Shown here: piece by piece, positions 51,506 to 62,602 of the stretch | Layout: each line of letters opens with the position of its first letter | Numbering within the stretch: the first letter of the stretch is position 1 | NCBI RefSeq assembly: GCF_004010195.1 | Contig: NC_057719.1 | Coordinates: 8,692,066 to 8,756,065, forward strand | Direction: 5' to 3' | Length of the DNA stretch: 64,000 bases | Origin: Chiloscyllium plagiosum | Taxonomy: Eukaryota | The notes under the pieces: generated by a model | The model's input: the letters and a program-made list of their open reading frames with translations, nothing else | What the model was told of the DNA's origin: nothing | Database searches by the model: none | Translations under genes and position numbers: made by a program

Positions 51506-51644
51506 CAAATGTTGTTGTGCTAACTGGGCATTGGAAATAAATGCTAACCAAGTCAGCATAGCCCATCGTAAAGAAGAAGACAAATGACTATATATTTGTT
51601 AGTTGATGTTATGAGAGAATTGAGGGTAATAGAGCAAGGTGGGA

Positions 51645-52770
51645 CTGATATAAGGACTTTGGTGAGGCCACTTCTGGACTCAGTTCTGCTTGGTCTGCTA
51701 TAAGAAGGATATTATTAAATTGGACAGGGTGCAGAGAAGATTTACCAGCATGGTACCAGGATTGGAGGGTTTGAGTTATAGGCAGAGGTTGAACAGGCTG
51801 GGACATTTTTCACTGGAGCATAGAAGGTCGAGGGGTGACCTTATAGAGGCTTATAAAATCATAATGGGCACAGAAAAGGTGAATGGCAAAGATCTTTTCC
51901 CTAGGGTCAGGAAGTTCAAAACTAGGGAGCATAGAGTCATAGAGCTGTACAACATGGAAACAGATTCTTCGGTCCAACTCGTCCATGCCAACCAGATATC
52001 CGAAATTAATCTAGTCCCAGTTGCCAGCAGATGGCCCACATCCCTCTAAACCTTTCCTATTCATGTACCCATCCAGATACCTTTTGAATGCTGTCACTGT
52101 ACCAGCCTCCACAACTTCCTCTGGCAGCTCATTCCACACACGCATCACCTTCTGCGTGAAAACGTTGCCCCTTAGATTCCTTTTAAATCTTTCCCCTCGT
52201 CCTTTAGTTTTGGACTTCCCCACCCTGGGGAAAAGACCTTTACTATTCACTCACCCATCCCCGTCATGAATTTACAGGAAGAATATTATTAAATTCGAGA
52301 GGGTTCAGAAAAGATTTACAAGGATTTTACTGGGACTGGAGGTTTGAGTCGTAAGGAGAGGCTGGATAGGCAAGGAACGTTTTCACTGGAGCATTGGAGG
52401 TTAAGGGGTAACCTGATAGAGGTTTTCAAATCATGAGGGGTATAATAGCAAAGGTCTTTTCCCTACGGTAAGTAGGCAGATCAAAACTAAGAGGCACATT
52501 ATTTAAGGTGAGAGGGGAAACATTTAAAAGAGACCTGAGGGGCAACTTTTTCACACAGGGAGTGTTTCATATGTGGAATGAACTGCCAGAGGAAATGATG
52601 GATGCAGGTACAATTACAACATTTAAAAGACATTTGGATAAGTACATGAATAGGAAATGTTTAGAGGGATATGGGGCAAATGTAGGCAACTGGGACAAGT
52701 TTAGTTTGAGAAACCTGGTCAGCATGGATGAGTTGGACTGAAGGGTCTGTTTCTGTGCTGTATTACTCTC
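51645..52770. mobile_element. Cluster of three CR1/HER1-like 3' fragments (+, -, +)
   Basis: 51645-51930 (+), 51930-52270 (-) and 52275-52770 (+), each with RT C-terminal motifs. Confidence 0.88.
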
Positions 52771-52924
52771 TTTCCTGCACATTTCATGTCATCGAGTGAA
52801 TATTTGTAAAACTGGGAGTATGAATTAGCCATTCATTTCACATCTCTCCCAACTTTTACAGGCATTACAGTCAATGTCTTTTTTCAGGGACCAATCCCAC
52901 TTAGCTGTCTTCTCAGTCTTCTCT

Positions 52925-53300
52925 GTGGACTTCACCAGTTTCCTTATTTCCCCTCCCCCCACCTTACCCCAGATCCAAACTTCTAGCTCAGCAATGTCCT
53001 CATGACCTGTCCCACTTGTCAATCTTCCTTCCCATCTATCTGTTCCACCCTCCTCTCTGACCTATCACCTTTACCCCTTCCTCCATCCACCTACTGCACT
53101 CCCAGCTACCTTCCTCCCAGCCCCACCCCCTCCCATTTATCTCTCCACCCCCGAGGCTTCCAGCCTCGTTCCTGATGGAGGGCCCCTGATGAAATGTCGA
53201 TTTTCCTGCTCCTCGGATGCTGCCTGACCTGCTGAGCCTTTCCAGCACCACTCTAATCTTGACTCTGATCTCCAGCATCTTCAGTCCTCACTTTCCCCTG
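52925..53300 (+). mobile_element. Penelope-like pLTR (family A) with degenerate hammerhead
   Basis: gtggacttcaccagtttc (end of the GIY-YIG ORF), a C-rich UTR, gttcctgatgg...gaaatgtcga and the 3' terminus ctccagcatcttcagtcctcactttc. Confidence 0.8.
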
Positions 53301-53569
53301 TTTTCTCAGTCTGCCTTAATGCCTTTCAGTTGTGCAGGGCATTGGATATGAAAGGGTTAATCTTGGAGCAGAGCTGAAGCTCCACCCACACTAACATACA
53401 ACATGGCCGCTGGGTGGAACATCAGCATTCCTAGGCAGTTGGAGGTAGTTATGTCTTCTATTCCTTGAATTACCATCAGTTGAATGCATGCAGCTGTATG
53501 CAGTTATTAAGATATAACACACCATAGCTTGTTACTTAAAGTAATTGCCTCAACTATTAAGCGAGAAAG

Positions 53570-54040
53570 AGTGCAAAAAAGATTTACGAAGATGCTATCT
53601 GGACCAGAAGGGATGAGTTACAAGGAGAGGCTGGATGGCTGGGACTTTTCTCATTGGAGTGTAGGAGACTGAGGGGTGACCTCACAGAGGTCGATAAAAT
53701 CATGAGAGGCATAGACAAAGTAGATAACGAACAGCATTTTCTCATGGTAGGGCAGTCTGAAACTAAAGGGCATAGGGTTAAGGTGAGAGGGGAGAGATTC
53801 AACAGGGTCCAGAGGGGCAATGTTTTCACGCAGAGGGTGGTGAGTGTCTGGAATGGGCTGCCAGAGGTAGTGCTGGAGGCGAGTACAGTTTTGTCATTTA
53901 AGAAACATTTGGAAAGGTACATGGATGGGATAGGTGTGGAGGGATATGGACCAAACACAGGTAAACGGGACTGTTTAATTGCGAAAACTAGACGGCATGC
54001 GCGGGTTGAGCCGAAGGGCCTGTTTAACTTACGACTTTAA
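53570..54040 (+). mobile_element. CR1 LINE 3' fragment
   Basis: ECRRLRGDLTEVDKIMRGIDKV...FTQRVVSVWNGLP...FKKHLE. Confidence 0.88.
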
Positions 54041-54093
54041 CTGCTGAGACTTATATTGTTCAATCTTTACAACAAATGACTAGAAGGAACCTA

Positions 54094-54267
54094 GATAAAA
54101 ACAATGACTGCAGATGATGGAAACCAGATTCTGGATCAGCGGTATAGGAAAAGCACAGCAGGTCAGGCAGCATCCGAGGAGCAGTAAAATCGACGTTTCG
54201 GGCAAAAGCCCTTCATCAGGAATACAGATGCTGCCTGAACTGCTGTGCTTTTCCAGCACCACCAATC
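54094..54267 (-). mobile_element. 174-bp Penelope pLTR mini-insertion with partial inverted end
   Basis: 14-bp TSD CTAGAAGGAACCTA at 54080-54093 and 54268-54281; 54227-54267 is an inverted copy of about 54133-54173. Confidence 0.88.
54187..54224 (-). ncRNA. Minimal type I hammerhead ribozyme motif (Penelope-type) with intact core
   Basis: RNA 5'-UAUUC CUGAUGA A GGGC-UUUU-GCCC GAAAC GUC^GAUUU-3' has both conserved boxes, a 4-bp stem II, palindromic ACGU helix III and a GUC cleavage triplet. Activity is not shown. Confidence 0.75.
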
Positions 54268-55534
54268 CTAGAAGGAACCTACACTTGTACAGGAAGAAGG
54301 ACCAGTGGTAGCACTCTACCTAAGGTATCTAGGCCTCAGATCACTGATATAACACACTCTTCTGGTGAGACACACAAACCGGCAATGGCATAGAAAGACT
54401 GAAAGAAACCTTTTCACCTCAGCGATTGAACGCACATGCCATGCTATTTCATATCCGACACGAACACTCAGAGGAAGTTTGAGCTTTATGGAACTTTTAC
54501 TTTGTGTTAATTACTTTCCCGAGGTTGGAAAGCCACAGCAGTGTTTATTGGAAATGGATTCAATGAGCCAAGCAATCCTTTTTCCAATTACATGGTTTTG
54601 TCCTTTTAGATGCTTCAGTGGCTTTGCCTGAATTTTATCTTTATAATGAACAATTTGACTCAATCAACCTGGTCAATTATTTACGGTAGTCTTCAAAACA
54701 TCACTCAAAATATCTTAACATATCGTCTTCTCTGAAGATGGCAATGTCAACCCTGCTTAACTTTGCTGCAAAATTTGTATCCCTCAAATCTGCAACATCC
54801 TTTCTACATTCTCAAGTGCTTTCATAAGAAGTTTTAAACTTGGATTTCTAAGAAAGAAGACAAGTTTTATTCTTGTTTTTGAGCCAGCAACATTGGTGCA
54901 GTGGGATCTTTCTCACCTCTGACTGTGAAGTCCTTGGGTTCAGCAGAAACCATGGGACTGACACAGGAATCCTACACTGGAAGAGGTGTCATCTTTCCAA
55001 TGAGATTTCACATCAAGCATCCATTTATCTTTTNNNNNNNNNNNNNNNNNNNNNNNNNNNNNNNNNNNNNNNNNNNNNNNNNNNNNNNNNNNNNNNNNNN
55101 NNNNNNNNNNNNNNNNNNNNNNNNNNNNNNNNNNNNNNNNNNNNNNNNNNNNNNNNNNNNNNNNNNNNNNNNNNNNNNNNNNNNNNNNNNNNNNNNNNNN
55201 NNNNNNNNNNNNNNNNNNNNNNNNNNNNNNNNNNNNNNNNNNNNNNNNNNNNNNNNNNNNNNNNNNNNNNNNNNNNNNNNNNNNNNNNNNNNNNNNNNNN
55301 NNNNNNNNNNNNNNNNNNNNNNNNNNNNNNNNNNNNNNNNNNNNNNNNNNNNNNNNNNNNNNNNNNNNNNNNNNNNNNNNNNNNNNNNNNNNNNNNNNNN
55401 NNNNNNNNNNNNNNNNNNNNNNNNNNNNNNNNNNNNNNNNNNNNNNNNNNNNNNNNNNNNNNNNNNNNNNNNNNNNNNNNNNNNNNNNNNNNNNNNNNNN
55501 NNNNNNNNNNNNNNNNNNNNNNNNNNNNNNNNNG

Positions 55535-55635
55535 GAGTAGAAACCCTCTGAATGTTCTCTCAACTAGAATATCAAGGAAAGGGAGCTCAGCAACTTGTCC
55601 CATGTCAAAGGTGAATTTCAACATGGGGGGAGCCT
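55535..55635 (-). mobile_element. Penelope-like RT fragment of a different family, next to an N-gap
   Basis: LKFTFDM....ELPFLDILVE resembles the PLE RT C-terminal motif (.KFT.E.E....LPFLD). Confidence 0.6.
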
Positions 55636-57084
55636 GTTAGACATGTAAGGTATTCTATCTAGATGTATCACTGAATGGTATGGCAACTGTACCATTCAAG
55701 ATCGGCACAGTTACAGAGAATGGTGAACTCAGCCCGGACAATCACAAAGGCCAACCTCCCATGTACAGAATCCATCTACCAGGCCCACTGTCAAGGAAAG
55801 GCCGCCAGCATTTAAACGATCCATCCTGGCAATGTTTTTCTACAACCTCTACCCCTGGGGAGAAGGGACAGAAGCCTGAACACACACATCAACCAGCTTC
55901 AAAACAGTTTCTACCCTACTCTTGTTAGAATACTGAATGGACTCACAAACTCTTAGCATTCACCTGTACCTGTGTTTTTGTTTTTGCTGCTGTTTACCTA
56001 TTATTTACTTATCTATGCTATTTAACTCTGTGATCTGCCTGTATTGCTCGCAAGACAAAGCTTTTCACTGTGCCTCGGTACACGGGATAATAAACTCAAT
56101 TCAATACAATTCTTACACGCGGTTCCAGATTCAGGAAAGTATCAGCTACTTTTCAGAAACATGCAAAGAGGTAGGAAGTTAGCTGTCATGCCTCTGAAGA
56201 TGTATGCCTTCAACAAGCCAACATAGATGTTGCAAGCATTGGCCTGGTGGAGATCCCATGGCAAAACCATCAATTGGGGTACACCTGATATTAGTCAGCT
56301 CAATAGTCCAAGTTGCTGAGGTCAGAGGTTCAATGAGAGGTGATTCACACAAGATGGAGGGTATGGATCACCAAGACATAAGCTGCACTGCAGTACAACA
56401 CTGCCCATCCCTGACCTTTAACCACTGTACCATTGATGGCCACAAGTTCATCTACTTACGCCTTAAACTCTGGAAGCTATGGGTCTCTGAAACTCTCTAC
56501 TCCTCTCTTGCCTCCTCCTTGATGTCATCCCTTAACATCTACTTCATTAAACAATAACTTAATATCTCCCAAGCTGTTAAAGCTTGTTTGTGTGTAACTT
56601 ATATAAAGCCACCCCAATGTGCTGTTACATTAAGGGTGCTGTATAATTTAAGCTGTTTCTGTCTTCAATCACAGCGACATCATGCATTTAAAATGTTGAC
56701 ATTTATCCTTCAGATTCATTTCGCTCTGAAGATAACCCCACACCCGCCTCCCCTGACAGTTTTCCCCCTCCGCCGACCAATCAAGAGAAAGCCGACTATA
56801 TTACAGCTCTACTCTCAAGCTTCCTTTCTTTGGCTGCTGAATATTTGGTTCCATTATTTATGGGACATTTTCATGCGATGTCCTTCTTTTATAATGTGCA
56901 AGAGGAAGCCTGAGGGCTGTTATAATGAAGCTAGCATGCTCTGACATTCCAAAAGATCAAAGCCTCCTGCCATATTGATATTCTATCAGCAGATGTCAAA
57001 GAGCAAACTCACTAATTATGATTTCATGTGGTGTTCCCAGTGATTTTGAACGTCAGAGACAATAAATGGATGAAGAAGACAAAA

Positions 57085-57705
57085 TACTGTGTGAAGTGCC
57101 GGTCGCCCTGCTACGGGGAGGATATCATTAAACTACAGGGGGTTCAGAAAACATTAACCAGGATGTTGCCTGGAATGGAGGATTTGGGCTGCTTTTTTCA
57201 CTGGACTGGAGGAGACTGAGGGGCAAATTTATAAATGTTTATAAACTCATGAGGGGTATAGTTGAGGTGGAAAAAGTCAGAAGTTAAACGACACCAGGTT
57301 AGAGTCCAACAGGTTTATTTGAAATAACTTTTTGGAGCGCTGCTCTTTCCTCAGGTGAAATGAAGTGGGCCACATCATTGATAAGGTGAATAGCAAAGGG
57401 TGGGGGAGTTCAAAACTAGGGGGCATATTTTTAAGGTGAGAGGAGAAACATTTAAAAAGGACATGGGAGCAACTTTTTTTACTTACAGAGTAGTTAGTGT
57501 GTGGAATGAACTGACAGAGGAAGTGGTGGATGCAGCTACAGTCACATGATTAAAAGTCATTTGGATAAGTGCATGAATTGGAAAAGTTTGGAGGGATATG
57601 GGCCAAACACAGGCAGGTGGGACTAGTCTAGTTTGGGAACATGGTCAGTCCGGGCTGGTTGGACTGAAGGGTCTGTTTCCATGCAGTATGACTCTCTGAC
57701 TCTAT
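57085..57705 (+). mobile_element. CR1/HER1-like 3' fragment interrupted by a Penelope family B piece (about 57265-57375)
   Basis: SPCYGEDIIKLQGVQKTLTRMLPG...; the insert reads cacCTGAGGAaagagcagcgctccAAAA on the minus strand. Confidence 0.8.
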
Positions 57706-60035
57706 GGTGGAGACGAAGGGATGAGAAAACTCAATATGATCATTGGGTCATGATTTTGAAAAGGCAAGAAAACACATTTACCCTGGTAGACTCAGGAAGG
57801 ATGTTGCCGATTACCAGAGAGTCCAGAACCAGGGTTCACAGTCAAAGGATATGGGGAAGGCTTTTTAGGACCGAGATGAGGTGAAATGTTTTCATCAACA
57901 AAGGGGTGAACCTGTGGAATACTCTGTGACAGAGAGTAGTTGAGTCCAAAATATCAAATATGTTCAAGAAGGAGTTGGATATAGCAGTAGGGGCTACAGG
58001 GCTGGAAGGATCTGGGGGAAAAGCAGGAACAGGTTGTTGAGTTGGAGGATCAACCAGGATTATAATAAATGGCAGACCAGGCCTGAAGGGCCGAATGACC
58101 TACTCCAACTCTTTATTTTTTTGTTCTATCATTCATCAGTGGGAAGCACAATGGATTTTGAACAGCTGTATCGCTCCAGTCTCCTCCCCAGACCTTCTTT
58201 TGACCTGACACTCCAACTCCCCAGTGCCTCCCCCTGGCCATTCATGCTGGGGGGAACGATTGGAGCTTTCAAGATTGGGGTTGGCTTTTTTTTGTTTTGC
58301 TCAGAGCTTTTATTATGTATCAAGGAATTATGGAACCAATGTGGATGAGTGGAGTTGAGATCAGGATTAACCGTGACATGACCGAATGGAAAGGCAGTTC
58401 AGGTGGGCCTAACAGTATTATTTTACTATGTGGACAACTTCATAGTCATTCTACATCGTCTAAAAGAAGACACAATTGAAATGTTGTAGAGTGAAAGGGA
58501 ACAGAAGAAAATAATTTCGCCCATGCTGTTGTTTTTTGTCAGAGAGATTTGCAATTAGTTTGTATCCTCCTCCTTCACTGACCTGGAAATTGCATTCCTT
58601 TTCAAGATTCTCTCCAATTCCCTTGGACGCTGTTACTCAATCTGCTTCCACTGCCCTTTCAGGCGGTTTTTCGAAATCATAATAAATTGCCCCATTTTAA
58701 AAGAAAGGTTAAACTTGACTACTCTGTTTCTTTTGAAAGCTGCTTCGAATTCTTGCCCTTTACGTATTGATTTTCCCGCCAGTTGAAATACTCTGCTCAA
58801 AATTACTCCCATCAAAACCACTCAGAATCTTGAAGGTGTCTGTCAAATCCACCTCCCTCCGGGCCCTTCATCTTCTCTGCTCTAAGGAGAACAATTCCAA
58901 CTTCTCAAAACACAGGAACAGTTCCACCCTTCACTGTGATTATAGCTGATCATCCGTAAGGCAATCAGAATTCAGCCATACAGCCCATTGACTCCACCCT
59001 GCCATTCGAATGTGACTGACATGAGTCCATGTGGGTTTCCTCTGGGTGCTCTGGTTTCTTCCCAGAGCCCAAGAATGTGCAGGTTAGGGGGACTGGCTGT
59101 GGAAAATTGCTGAGGAGAAAGTGAGGCCTGTGGACGCTGGAGAGTGAGAGTTGAAAAGTGTGGAGCTGGAAATGTACAGCAGGTCAGGCAGCATCTGAGG
59201 AGGAGAAAGGGAGTGGACATTTGGGCTTATGCCTTTTCCAGCTCCACACTTTTCAACTCATGCTAAATTGCCTGTAGTGTTCAGGGACAAGTAGGCCAGG
59301 AGGGTTGGCCATGAGAAATGTGGAGTAGTGGGGATAGGGTAGGGAGTTGAGTCTGGATAGGATGTTGTTTGGAGGATCATTGTGTACTCGATGGGCCAAA
59401 TAGCCTGCTTCCACACTGTAGAGATTCTTTGATTCGATGTTCCTCAGTCTCGTACTCCTGCTATCTCTCCATTACCCTTGACCCCCTTTCTGATCAAGAA
59501 CCTATCAGTCTCTGTCTTTAATGCACTCAATGACTTGGCCTCCACAGCCCTCTGAGGCAATGAGTTCTCCAGAGTCACCACCCTCTGACTGAAGAAATTT
59601 CTCCTCATCTCAGTTCTAAATGGTCATTCCTCCACTCTGAGGCTGTGCCCTCAGGTCTGAGTCTTTGCTATTTGTGGAAATATTTTCTCTTTGCCCACTC
59701 TATCGAGGCATCTCAGCATTCTGTAACTTTCAATCAGAACCCCTTTCCCTCTAATTTCCATGTCAGAGTCCTTAACCGCTCCTCAAATGACATACAGCTT
59801 GATCCCTCCAGCACAAAGAGATATATCCAATTCCTTCATGAAAACATGCAATGTTTTGGGCTCAACGATTCTCTGTGGTAGAGAATTCCATAGACTCACA
59901 CAATATACCTACCTTGTTTCCAGACCTTTGTTGACCAAGGCCTTGGTTCAATAATGGAGTTGAATTTTATGACTGACAACAGATTCAATAACCACTTAGA
60001 TAAGAGACTTCCAGTTTTCCACTACTGTCTTTTTT

Positions 60036-60358
60036 AGATTAGATTAGATTCCCTAGAGTATGGAAACAGGCCCTTCAGCCCAACAAGTCCACACCGACCC
60101 TCTGAAGCGTAACCCACCCAGACCCATTCCCCCGTCCCTACATTTATCCCTGGTGAATGCACCTAACACTACTGGTAATTTAGCATGGCCAATTTACCTG
60201 ACCTGCATATCTTTGGACTGTAGGAGGAAACCGGAGCACCCACACAGATACGGGGAGAATGTGCAAACTCCACATGAGACAGTCGCCTGAGGTTGGAATC
60301 AAACCCAGGTCTCTGGCGCTGTGAGGCAGCAATGCCAACCAATGAGCCCCCATGCTGT
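60036..60358 (-). mobile_element. HE1-type V-SINE
   Basis: Near full-length, with an (aatct)n tail. Confidence 0.88.
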
Positions 60359-60364
60359 CCATGG

Positions 60365-61080
60365 GGGGGGGAGGTTGGGAAGGGGGCTGAGAGATAAATA
60401 GGAGGGAGTGGGGCTAGGGAGAAGGTAGCTAAGATTGCGATAGATGGATGAAGTTGGGGGGTGATGGTGATAGGTTGGACTGCAAGGTGGAGCAGTAGGT
60501 GGGAAGGAAGATGGACAAGTAGGACAGTTCAAGAGGGTGGAGCTGATTGGGGGAGGGCTGGATCTGGGATAAGTTGGGGGAAGGGGAGATGAGGAAACTG
60601 GTGCAATCGACACTGATCCCATGTGGTTGGCAGGTCCCAAGGAGGAAGATGAGGCATTCTGCCTCCAGGTGTCGGTGTCTAGGGTTTGGTGGTGGAAGAG
60701 GCCCAGGACTTGCATGTCCTTGGTGGAGTGTGAGGGGGGGTTTCCTGAACTCCCCCCCACCTTATCCCAGATCCAACCCTCCAACTCGGCATTGCCCTCT
60801 TGAACTGTCCTACCTGACCAACCTTCTTCCCATCCATCTGGTCCACCCTCCTCTCTGACTTATCGCCACCTTTATCTACCTATCGCTACCTTCCCCCCAG
60901 CCCCATCCCCCTCATTTATCTCTCACCCACCTTGGACCTTACTCCACGTTCCTGATGAAGGGCTTATGCTCAAAATGTCGATGCTCCTGCTCCTTGGATG
61001 CTGCCTGACCTGGTTTTCCTTTCCAGCAACACACTTTTTGACTCTGATCTCCAGTATCTGCAAGCCTCACTTTTTCCCAA
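60365..61080. mobile_element. Penelope-like element with inverted 5' segment (60365-60740 minus; 60750-61080 plus)
   Basis: The minus part contains the GIY-YIG C-terminus and UTR. The plus part repeats the UTR and ends with gttcCTGATGAagggcttatgctcAAAATGTC and the pLTR terminus. Confidence 0.8.
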
Positions 61081-61604
61081 CTGCCCTGTCAAGTCCATTA
61101 ATCATTTTAGCCAACTCAATTAGAGTTGGCAAAAGGCAAGCTTAGTCTGAACAGCTAGATCTTGGAATTTATTTCATTGTTATTTTTGATGGGTCATGGG
61201 TGGCTTGAATGTTTGTCGCCCAATTCCTCATTGCCCCAACAGCAGTGGCTTGCTAGGATGTCACAGTGGGTAGGTGAGAGGCAACAGCACAGCTATGGGT
61301 CTGGAGTCACATTTGAACTTGACAGGGCAAGAATGGCACTGTCTGTTCCCCAAAGGGCATTCATGTATCAGATCATGATGAAACTGGGAGATAGTTTCAC
61401 ATTCTTCATGACTGAGATCAACTTTCAACTCCAGATTCCATTAACTGGATTTAAATTCCACCACCTGCTTTAGGGGAGGGGCCTGAAGGGGGGGGGGGGG
61501 GCTTGACCCTGTTTCCCATTCCCTCGTTCCCTCTTTCCCCCACCCAAAGTGTTAGCCTAGACCTCAGGATTACTCCAACAATGTCCATTACCATCTCCAG
61601 TCCT

Positions 61605-61922
61605 GATTAGATTAGATTCCCTACAGTGTGGAAACAAGCTCTTTGGCCCAACAAGTCCACATCGACCCTCCGAAGCGTAACCCACCCAGACCCATTCCCC
61701 TCTGACTAATGCACCTAACACTACGGGCAATTTAGCACGGCCAATTCACCTAACCTGCACATCTTTTGGATTGTGGAAGAAAACCGGAGCACCCAGAGGA
61801 AACCTGCGCAGACACAGGGAGAATGTGCAAACTCCAAACAGACAGTCACTCAAGGCTGGAATCGAACCTGGGTCCCTGGCGCTGTTAGGCAGCAGTGCTA
61901 ACCACTGAGCCACAGGGCCGCC
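61605..61922 (-). mobile_element. HE1-type V-SINE
   Basis: Near full-length, well-preserved copy. Confidence 0.9.
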
Positions 61923-62602
61923 CCAAGTCCTGGAGAAGGGTTACACCTGAAATGTCAACCTTTCCATCTTCTGATGCTGCCTGGCTTTCTGTGTTCTTCC
62001 AGCCTCCTGCCTGGTTATTTTGCCCTCCAATTTAAAGCTTTTCGCCCTGGGATTGTGCTCTCCTGCAATATTACCATGTCCACATAATATCTGCTAACGG
62101 CTGAAGTGAGTGAGCACCATTGTTTGCCATTTGCAATGTGAAAGTACATTTGGAAAATTGAAAACCTTTGTTAATGGATGTGCAAGGGCTGAATTGTTCC
62201 ATCTTCATGTCAACTCACCCACTTTATTTTATTACGATTGCTCCATTTAAAATTAAGTGAATCAAGCTCCCTGCAGCTGAAGGGCATTGGTATTGAAATT
62301 TTAAATTCACAAACAACAGGAACAGTGTAGAATTAACTGCTGATGCCCCACTGATGCTTTGAGTGAATCTACCAGAATCAGCAGTGGAACTATAATGGAG
62401 AATGTAATGTGTCTATTAATATATGACAAAAGACATGATATTGTAAAACGATAATAAGAAAATAAACCAGCGCTAATGCTTTGTAGAGCACAGAGGGGTT
62501 ATTTCTTCACTCCATAACGCCAGCAGGAAAATACTGTTGCTCATAAATAGAAATATTGCAAGCAAGCAAGGTGTACCTGTGTAACATTAGATAACAATAA
62601 TG

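Noticed and set aside
61860..61922. tRNA-like A/B box sequences here and at other SINE heads
   Set aside because: They are SINE promoters followed by V-domain and LINE-derived tail, not complete tRNA genes.
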